From positions 54,560,001 to 54,624,000 of the forward strand of contig OZ024747.1 in assembly GCA_964016885.1 (NCBI GenBank): a stretch of 64,000 nucleotides of DNA. Reading direction: 5' to 3'. The translations under genes were made by a program, and so were the position numbers. Position 1 is the first letter of the stretch; every line of letters starts with the position of its first letter. Below the pieces are notes generated by a model. That model was not told the DNA's origin. It did not search any database and saw only the letters and a program-made list of their open reading frames with translations. The DNA comes from Eledone cirrhosa. Lineage: Eukaryota. Of the stretch, positions 53,449 to 64,000 are shown piece after piece.

Positions 53449-54278
53449 TGTATGATGAGCATTTTGACCCGCTCTGTCACAGAATTTTCCTGGGAACTAT
53501 ATTAAGGGTACCAGTCTAAAAAGTTCAACTACATTCACATTAATTTCTTAAGCTGGCTGTCCTGTTGTTTGAAACACTGGAGCACTCCTCGTCTGAACCG
53601 ACTGAGTTCCAGCAACAACCACAGATTACATCTCTCAACCTGTAACACTTCCCTCTTCTGTCTCTTACAAGTTTTTATACATTTACATTTTGCTCTTTAT
53701 TGATATCTTTCATTACTATGCGGCCATTTTGGGTCACAAATTCCGAGGGACTTAATTGAACATACCAACCCATTGTCGGTTTAGACAAGTGCTGGATCAA
53801 TAGCATATATTAGAAACGGTCCCTACACTGGAATAAAACAATATGTGATAAAGTTTAATGGCAGAATAGTAATATAAAATGAGACCACAAAAACACTCGT
53901 TGATTACAAATAATTATAATATGAAAATTAAATGAATATTCTCACAAATATTGGTGGCTACAGTTGCATAAGCGAACAAAGTTTCGTGTGGTATTGGTCC
54001 GGACTGTCTCGGTCAGATTTTTCTAATTTACAGGTAATAAACAGTAAAAATATATATACATACAAAAACTCATATATAAATGTATTACACACATGAAAGC
54101 ATGCATGCGTACATTACACACTCACAAATGTACGCATATATGAAACGTTAAGGGTGAAAGCAGCGATTCTTTGCTTAAACTTTGATCTGTTATTTTAATA
54201 AACATTTGCTCTACGGTTCTTATACATTTGATATATATTTATCCTTATTGAGCCCTCTTTGGATTTTAGTCTTCAAAT

Positions 54279-54309
<31 letters not shown>

Positions 54310-54356
54310 TATATAGTATTATATATATATATATATATTACTATATATATATATAT

Positions 54357-54524
54357 ACATGGACACACTAGAAGAGGAAGATCAACGTTAACATATGTTG
54401 ATGCCCTAAGGACAGACACTGGTCTGTTGGAGATGCAGGATATGGCAGCGATAATGAGGGACAGAGACCGCTGGAGAGAACCCGTCCATGGATCTCGGGA
54501 ATTTTACCCGCCTTAGATAGATAG

Positions 54525-54526
<2 letters not shown>
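54357..54526 (+). mobile_element. RTE-clade LINE extreme 3' fragment
   Basis: [22 protein letters not shown]...MRDRDRWR resembles the RTE ORF C-terminus G-R-RGRP...D...DR--WR; stop followed by (TAGA)n. Confidence 0.75.
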
Positions 54527-54617
<91 letters not shown>

Positions 54618-54644
54618 TATGTGCGTGTATATATATATGTATAT

Positions 54645-54838
54645 AGTAGCGAACGAGTGAAGTATAACATCGTCAGCTGTACAAAAAAGGTTTTATTTAC
54701 AGTATTAACAATTGTTTCGTTGATCAGGTGAGTTTAAAGGCCGCTGATCACCCGAAACCCCTTGTTGAGTCAAACAACGCCGTACGTTAAAACTATCCAT
54801 AGTGCAACAGCTAACTAGATTACCTAAAACGATAACGT
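54645..54838. mobile_element. internally inverted copy of the 11761-12030 element
   Basis: Left part is the reverse complement of about 11790-11875 (GAAACAATTGTT|AATAC); right part is colinear with 11934-12025. Confidence 0.7.
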
Positions 54839-54867
54839 GTTATCCCATATATATATATATATATATT

Positions 54868-55055
54868 TCTAGAGCGAGTAAAAATTCCCGAGATCCATGG
54901 ACGAGTTCACTCCAGCGGTCTCTGTCCCTTATTATTGCTGCCATGTCCTGCTTCTCCAACAGACAAGTGTCTGTCCTTAGGGCATCAACATACGTTAACG
55001 TTGGTCTTCCTCTTCCAGTGTGTCCATGTAGGGGCTCCCACAGGAGCACTGAGTG
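54868..55055 (-). mobile_element. RTE-clade LINE 3' fragment
   Basis: [28 protein letters not shown]...RDRDRW. Confidence 0.78.
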
Positions 55056-55114
55056 CAATGTCAACTCTCTTTGAGCCCCTCACCAGAGAGGAGTTTCAGA
55101 GAGCCAAGAAGAGG

Positions 55115-55189
<75 letters not shown>

Positions 55190-55477
55190 CATAAATATGG
55201 CGTAGAAAATACAATGCAACGGGAGGAAACAATAGCACCACTGACGATGTTGCAAATGTGCAACGAAAGAACTTTGATAAACTATATATATGTGTTTGTG
55301 TCTATATTGTATCTGTATTTTTTACCGTTGGTCAGTCAATGGCAACATTGAGGTCCGAATAAATTAAATTAACCGATATAAAAGACACAAAAGCGAAAAG
55401 TGAAAACCAACCAAACAGTGACTGTGTTCTGTTATTAATTCTGTCAATATTACAAAAATATGACCCTCCCCAAGTAT

Positions 55478-55542
<65 letters not shown>

Positions 55543-55950
55543 AATATATATATTTATAGAGAGAGAGAGAGGGAGAGAGAGAGATATGGATATATATTTA
55601 TATATATATTTATACATACATACTTACATACAAATATATTCTTTTACGCTTTTGATCTTTTACCTGTTCCAGCCATATATATGGCTGTGTGCTTAAGGAG
55701 ATGACTACACCAAACATGTGTTTCTCGTTTGTCCTCAGACAGCATATGCACAAGGAAGTCATTATGTCTATATTAATGTGTGTATGTGTGACTGTGTTTA
55801 TGTCACAATGTGGTTCCACAAAGATATCAATAAAATAAGTACAAAACAACGTACTGTCGACTGTGATTGACTAAATCATGGATTGCTCCAATATGGCTGC
55901 AGTTGATTGACGGCGATCAGTAAATAAATAAATATATATATATATATATA

Positions 55951-56622
55951 TGTAAAATTTCTATTTAAATTGTTGGGATACAACAAGCAAATATTTTTAT
56001 AACTGATATAAAGCACTCAACAAGTATTTGGAGTAAACATACGATATTAACAAATGGAAACTATATTTATAAAACCATTTTTATTTCATTACACATATTT
56101 CGAGGACACCAAGTTAAATTATGGTGTGCTTTCATCAGACAAAATATAATATAGATCTGTTTTATAAATAAATATTGACATACCCTTAAAAAATGCAACC
56201 ATTACTGTTGGAAGCTCTCGGATAGTATATATATATAACCAAATGTTAAACAAGGTTCCTTGATTAATCAATGAATATAGTTTTACAATAGATTAGAAGT
56301 AGTCAACAGCAAAGTTTTCTGGAGTTATTAATCGCGTAATCAAAATAGATTTTATTATATATATTTCGGGGGTACTTTGCTGTTTATTCAATACGTCCTC
56401 ATCATATAAAATATATAAATTGATGTGTGACATACCTCAACTATGCTGATGGTTCAATTCCAGTCTTGGCAGTCAGGACTGGAATTGAACCATCAGCACA
56501 GACATAGACATTTAATAAAAACACAGGATTTTTTCATTCTGATGACTGAAAGCAGATTTGTTTGCTTTGAAGAAACCACTGGTAAATGAAATAATTATCT
56601 TATGTTGTTTATTACATAACTA
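55951..56622. mobile_element. cluster of three different HHR termini (H5, H4, H6)
   Basis: HHR 56083-56145 (-, H5), 56349-56412 (-, H4, C3A), hairpin 56444-56498, HHR 56532-56591 (+, H6). Confidence 0.83.
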
Positions 56623-56669
56623 TATATATATATATATACATCTATCTATATTTATGTATTTATATACAC

Positions 56670-56719
<50 letters not shown>

Positions 56720-56922
56720 ATTATATACAGTATATATATATATATATACTGTATATACATAAATATATATATATATATACATAAAGATAGATGTATATAC
56801 ACACACATATACATACATATATATATATATATAAATATATATACATATACATAATACATACATGCATGTATAGTTAGATATGGATATATATATACAGACA
56901 ACGCACACACATATTTATATAC

Positions 56923-56977
<55 letters not shown>

Positions 56978-57004
56978 CACACACATATATATATACCCAC
57001 ACAC

Positions 57005-57050
<46 letters not shown>

Positions 57051-57605
57051 GCAATAATACATTTGAAGACTAAAATCCAAAGAGGGCTCGATAAGGATAA
57101 ATATATATAAAATATATAAGATTTTTAGCTTAAACTTTAATCTGTTATTTTAATAAATATATATAAATATATATATAAAATATAAGTACATATATATCTA
57201 TGTATATATACGTATGTGTATACGTATGCATATTTACTTTTATATATATACACAAATAAACACACACACGCGCACAAACACACACACATCTCTCTCTCTC
57301 TCTATATATATATATGCGTGTGTGTCTGCGTGTGCGTTGGCGTTTTCTTTGGTGTATGTGTGCGTGTAGATATGTGTTTACATGTGTGATATATGTGGTT
57401 GTGTACTGTCGTATGTGTGTTTGAGTGTTTCAGATTCTATCCACACGTGTCCCTGAATGTATGTATAAACGAAATCGATGCTACACCATTAAGAGTATTA
57501 CTCATATATAAAGTGGCATATATTTCAACACACACGCTTAAATACACGCATATATATATATATGTATATATATATATTTATAAATATATATATATAAATA
57601 TATAT

Positions 57606-57700
<95 letters not shown>

Positions 57701-57739
57701 TATATTTATATTTATTTATATATATATTTATATATACAT

Positions 57740-57807
<68 letters not shown>

Positions 57808-57811
<4 letters not shown>

Positions 57812-57940
57812 AGGGCGGGTAAACATTCCCGAGATCCATGGACGAGTTCTCTCCAGCGGTCTCTGTCCCTCATTATCGCTGCCATGTCCTGCGTCTCCAA
57901 CAGACCAGTGTCTGTCCTTAGGGCATCAACATACGTTAAC
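57808..57940 (-). mobile_element. RTE-clade LINE 3' fragment
   Basis: [38 protein letters not shown]; third copy of this family. Confidence 0.78.
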
Positions 57941-58592
57941 CTACATATATACATATATATATATACATACATACACTCACATACACACACATATATATAT
58001 ATATAATTATATGTTGAAGTTTGTATGTTTGTAGACGTAAGTTTTTGTCGACTCGCGTATGGTTTGTTTTTGTTCTGGTGTATGTTTACGTATGCGTATG
58101 GGTTCGTGTGTGTGTGGGTGTGTATGTGTGTCTATATGTATGTGCGACTACATATGCCCTTTCACCTACTGACCGCCAGCATCCAACAAGATTAAAACAT
58201 ACCCGGATTAACACCATCCACCCGGATACCAGCATCAAGCTAAACTTCACCAGATAATGAGATTGTTTTAATGGACTAAGTACTATGACGTATCAAAAAA
58301 AAAAATGTGGTATTTGTTCATACATACATACCTACTGACATATATATATATACGCATACATATACGTACACATACACACACACACACATATGTGTATATA
58401 AATATGTATATATATATATATTTATGTATGTGTATATATACATACATATATATATATATGTATATATATGTATATATATATATATACATACATATCTATA
58501 TATATAGATAAATAGCATCTGTGTGTGTTTTGTGTGTGTGTGAGTTTACACACACACACACACATACACATATATATATATATATATATATA

Positions 58593-58782
58593 TAATTGTT
58601 TCTACTTTAGGCACAAGGCCAGCAAATACCCAGTGCATTACTGGTACTTTTATTTTATCGACCCCGTAAGGATGAAAGGCAAAGTCAACCTCGGCGGAAT
58701 TTGAACTCAGATCGTAAAGGGACGTAACTATGCTGGAAAGCATGGCGTCCGACCCTCTAGCGATACTGCCAATACACCGCCC
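58593..58782 (-). mobile_element. SINE S1, full length
   Basis: Reverse complement of the complete S1 unit. Confidence 0.92.
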
Positions 58783-58990
58783 TATATATCCACATATATG
58801 TATATAATGGGGTCCTTCCTTAAAATCGATCATATCGAAGTCAGTATGGCATTTATGTTTCCTTTCCTTTCCTTTTTGTTATTTTTTTAAAATAAATTTT
58901 GTACTTATTTTATCAACCACTTCTTAACAAAGAAAACTAGTAATTGATAGACTCGTAAACCTAGATAGGAACGCATACATATATACGCAA

Positions 58991-59021
<31 letters not shown>

Positions 59022-59029
59022 GGTATAGA

Positions 59030-59190
59030 TGTACCTGACGGGATTCTGCTGGGTCCATCTACTAAATATCACTCACAAGCCACTCACAAGTCATTGTTCA
59101 ACCAGAGGGTGTAGTAGAAGATATTTGTCGAAATTGTCGCACAGCGGGACGGAACCCGTTACCATGTGTTTGCGATACAAACACCTTAAA
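59030..59190 (-). mobile_element. degenerate tRNA-derived SINE, third family
   Basis: GGGTTCCGTCCCGCTGTGCG B-box-like segment then ACAAATATCTTCTACTAC...TTGTGAGTG...TTTAGTAGATGG. Confidence 0.5.
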
Positions 59191-59195
59191 CATGA

Positions 59196-59257
<62 letters not shown>

Positions 59258-59295
59258 GCATATATGTATATATACATACATATATATATATATAC

Positions 59296-59474
<179 letters not shown>

Positions 59475-59475
59475 C

Positions 59476-59506
<31 letters not shown>

Positions 59507-59541
59507 GTATATATATATATATACATATATATATATAGATG

Positions 59542-59613
<72 letters not shown>

Positions 59614-59831
59614 TATATATGTATATATATATGTAAATGTATGTTTATATGTGTATATATATAATATAATACATGCAAACATTCATATATTCGATAATAC
59701 ATATAAGCATACAGGACCCGACGTGGACTCTGGGTTCACAGACAAGTTCTGGTTTGGTGGGCGCCTCTCATAACGCACACACACACATACACACATATGT
59801 ATATGTGTGTATGTGTGTGTGTGTGTATGTG

Positions 59832-59892
<61 letters not shown>

Positions 59893-60051
59893 AGAAGCAG
59901 GAAGAAAGAGAGCGGTAGGAAAATAAAAAAAGAGCTCTGTTCGGAAACGTGGGTATGGGGCTACGTTTGATGAGCGGCGCACAGGGCATTCGGCTTCCCC
60001 TCCCCCGATAAATCTGACACTGTATACACACACACACACACACACACACAT

Positions 60052-60117
<66 letters not shown>

Positions 60118-60217
60118 TTATATATATATATATTTAATTATAAATACATATATATAAATATATATATGTATATATATAAATATATCTATAAATATATATC
60201 TATCTATACATACATAC

Positions 60218-60340
<123 letters not shown>

Positions 60341-60355
60341 AATATATATCTATCT

Positions 60356-60433
<78 letters not shown>

Positions 60434-60502
60434 CTATATATATATATACATACATATATATATATATATATGTATGTATATATATACTTATTTATATACA
60501 GG

Positions 60503-60541
<39 letters not shown>

Positions 60542-60961
60542 TATATTACACATTTATATCAACAAACGTGTATATTATCTCGTCGGAAGACCACTGAATC
60601 TTCCGTAAGAGATCTCCAGGGAATGGTTACTTTCTACGGGTTGTTGGGTGGAGATGAAGGGAGGAAGAAAAATAGAAACCGAGGGAAGGAGGAACATTTA
60701 CGGAAGTGAGTTGCTGTTTTTGTTGTTGTTTTAAACCGTAGGATATACTCGATCGAAGAGACCCTGGATAAACGACGCTCCAGCCTTGCCCCAGGCGTAT
60801 TAAAATCGTTTAACGTATGTCTAGGAACACATTAGCAGTCTTTGGTTTTTTTTGTTTTTGTTTTTGCTGCATGACTGACTCTAAGGTGTGATTAAAGGAC
60901 CATTTGGCTGCTATCTCTAGCAGTCTGGCTCCTTATACAGAAGGTTTCTGCTTTTTCAGCC

Positions 60962-61072
60962 GACTACTTCCACTATCACCACTGCCACTACCACCACCAC
61001 CATCACCACCACCATCATCACACCCAACTCCGTCACCATCACCTCCACCACCACCACCACCACCAACACCAC

Positions 61073-61131
<59 letters not shown>

Positions 61132-62472
61132 CAACTATTTGTACTACTACTACCACCACCACCACCACCACCACCACCATCACACCCAACACCACCACCG
61201 CCACCACCACCACCACCACCACCACCACCATCATCAACTTCATCATCAACATCATCATCATCATCAACATCACCATCAACATCATCATCATCATCATCAT
61301 CATGATCAAAACAACTATTTGTACTACTACCACCATCGCCAACATCTCCATTACAACAACCAAAATTCGAACCTTCACCAAAACTAGTACCATCACAACT
61401 TTTACTACCACACATGCTACAACCACTACCACCCACTTGTACTACTACCACAACCACAACCACCACTAAATAAAATACACAAAAACTAATAACATCACAA
61501 CCACTACAACCCCCCCCCCCCGAAAATCACTACCTCAACCGCTTCTACAACCACTGTTTCTTCAGCAACTACCACCACAACCACAACCTCCTATTTAACC
61601 ACTATCACCACCACCAACACAGCCACCACCATCACCTCAGCAACCACTACCACTACCACTTTTACCATCAGCACAACAACCATCATCCCTAATACCACCA
61701 CTATCACCACCACAACCACCACCAACACCACCGCCACCATTGCCAACACCGCCACCATAACCACCACAACCACCACAACACCACCGCAACCACCACCACC
61801 ACTACCACCATCACCACCACAAACACCGACTCCTCCTTAACCACTATCATCACCAACACCACCACCACTGCCAACACCGCCACCACAACACCATCATCAC
61901 CAGCATAACCACTACCTCCTCCTTAACCACCACCACCACCACCACTGCCAACACCGCCACCACAACCACCACCTCCTCCTTAACCACTATCACCACCAAC
62001 ACTACCACTACCACTGCCACCACCGCCACCACAACCACCACCACAACCACCACAACACCACCACCACCACCACCACAATTACCACCACACCACCAACACC
62101 ACCACCATAACCACCACAACCACCACAACCACCACCACCACAACCACCAACAACACCACCACCACCACAACCACCACAACACCACCTACACCACCACCGC
62201 CACCACAACCATCGCAACACCACCACCACCACTGCCAAACCGCCACCACGACCACCACAACACCACCTACACCACCACCGCCACCACAACCACCAAGAAC
62301 ACCACCACCACCACCACTGCCAAACCGCCACCACAACCACCACAACACCACCTACACCACCACCGCCACCACAACCATCGCAACACCGCCACCACCACCA
62401 CCACCAACACCACCACAACCGCCACCAACACTACCACCACAACCACTACAACACCACCAACTCCACCACCGA
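60962..62472. repeat. degenerate (CCA)n/(TCA)n low-complexity tract with internal duplications
   Basis: Seen directly; source of the poly-V/G/W/H ORFs. Confidence 0.92.
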
Positions 62473-63464
62473 CAGTATATATTACCACACCTTCGCTTAA
62501 ACACATTAAAATAAAATCTGCCTCTCTTTTTCAACTGCACCTCCTTCTTAATCTCTCCTCCTTCTCTTCCTCCTCAATTTTCTTGAAATTTTCCTCCTCC
62601 TGTCACTTCAAAATCCTTCCTCACACCACACCCCATCCCTGCCACCCTCCTGCACTCCTGTCTCTTCCTCCTCCTCCCTAGAATTCCAACCAATCATTGA
62701 TGCCGCCTTTCTACTCCAATGTAAATTTTAAAATTTAAGATTTCTCTCCAAACACGCCTCGTTATTACACACACAAGCATGCATACACACACACACGTAT
62801 ATATATATATATAAATATACATATATTTATATGTATATATATTCAGAGAGAGAGAGAGAGAGAGAGGGGGGAGATACTTGTGTACACATAGACACATAGA
62901 TACCGGTACACACACACACACACATACACACACAAACAAACACACACGCAAACAAATACACATAAACACACACATATTATATATATATGTTGATAGATAG
63001 AGAGACACATACACGTATAGATTCTGACACACACACACACACACACCTAGATTCTGCTACACACATACACACACATACACACATATATGTATATACATAT
63101 ATAAACATACACTTAGAAACTGGTACACAGACGCATACATACACACATGCAGAAACACATACACAGATGTAGACATACACACGCACACATACAGACGCAT
63201 ACACCCAAATACAGACACGGACAGATATAGACACACAGATATATAGTCTGGAACACACACACGCAGCCATATGGCCATATGTATGTAGACACATATAAAC
63301 ACATACATATGCATGTTCTGATACACACACGGAAACACATACAAACGCTACTAATACACACATATAGACACAAACACACGCACACACTCATACACATACA
63401 TACAGATACAAAGACACTGAAACATAGTCAAAACTTTTGTTATTTACACATGTACACACACACA

Positions 63465-63527
<63 letters not shown>

Positions 63528-64000
63528 ACACACACACACACACACTCATAAACACACCGATACGCGGAAACGCATACAAAGAAAAACACTCACAAATATA
63601 GTCACTCATTTACATACACTTACACGTACACACGAACGCACACACTGACACAAACACACACACACACACACATACACACACATACACCCACACATACACA
63701 CACACTGATACACTTATACAAAGGTACACAAACATATACATATTTATTTACATACACATACACGCACACATACACATACACTGATACACACACACATACA
63801 CACACCGATTCACACACAGATACAGACACTGACACAAACGCATACGGACAGTGTGTATGCATCTGTTTATTTATGTGTGTGTATGTGTGTATGCATATCT
63901 ATTTATCTATATATGTATGGTACATACACACACCATGTTACACACACACACATAGATACGCTCATTTGCATACACATACACGCTCACAGAGAAACATACA

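Overview
AT-rich, microsatellite-saturated eukaryotic DNA. The repeat landscape resembles octopus (coleoid cephalopod) genomes, but that assignment is inference. Almost all ORFs in the track are simple-repeat artefacts. The recognisable coding sequence is retrotransposon-derived: a near full-length Tx1-clade LINE inserted in a (GATA)n array (22429-28120, -), a decayed 5'-truncated Tx1 copy (3931-7985, +), a Tx1 ORF1 relic, RTE-clade 3' fragments and an R4/Dong-like RLE fragment. There are also many tRNA-derived SINEs, one family of which shares its 3' tail with the Tx1 LINE. The main hidden signal is about 25 type I hammerhead ribozyme (HHR) motifs from roughly 10 sequence families. They lie in short non-coding cassettes inserted in (TA)n tracts, very often as tail-to-tail inverted duplications with one arm carrying a 55-95 nt extra tail. 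This matches the termini (pseudo-LTRs) of Penelope-like elements or retrozyme-like derivatives; no autonomous Penelope ORF is visible here. Unusual variants include a CAGAAGA (U4A) core, an HHR with about 110 nt of extended stem II, and an HHR whose palindromic stem III has become (TA)27. A few low-confidence host exons are noted.
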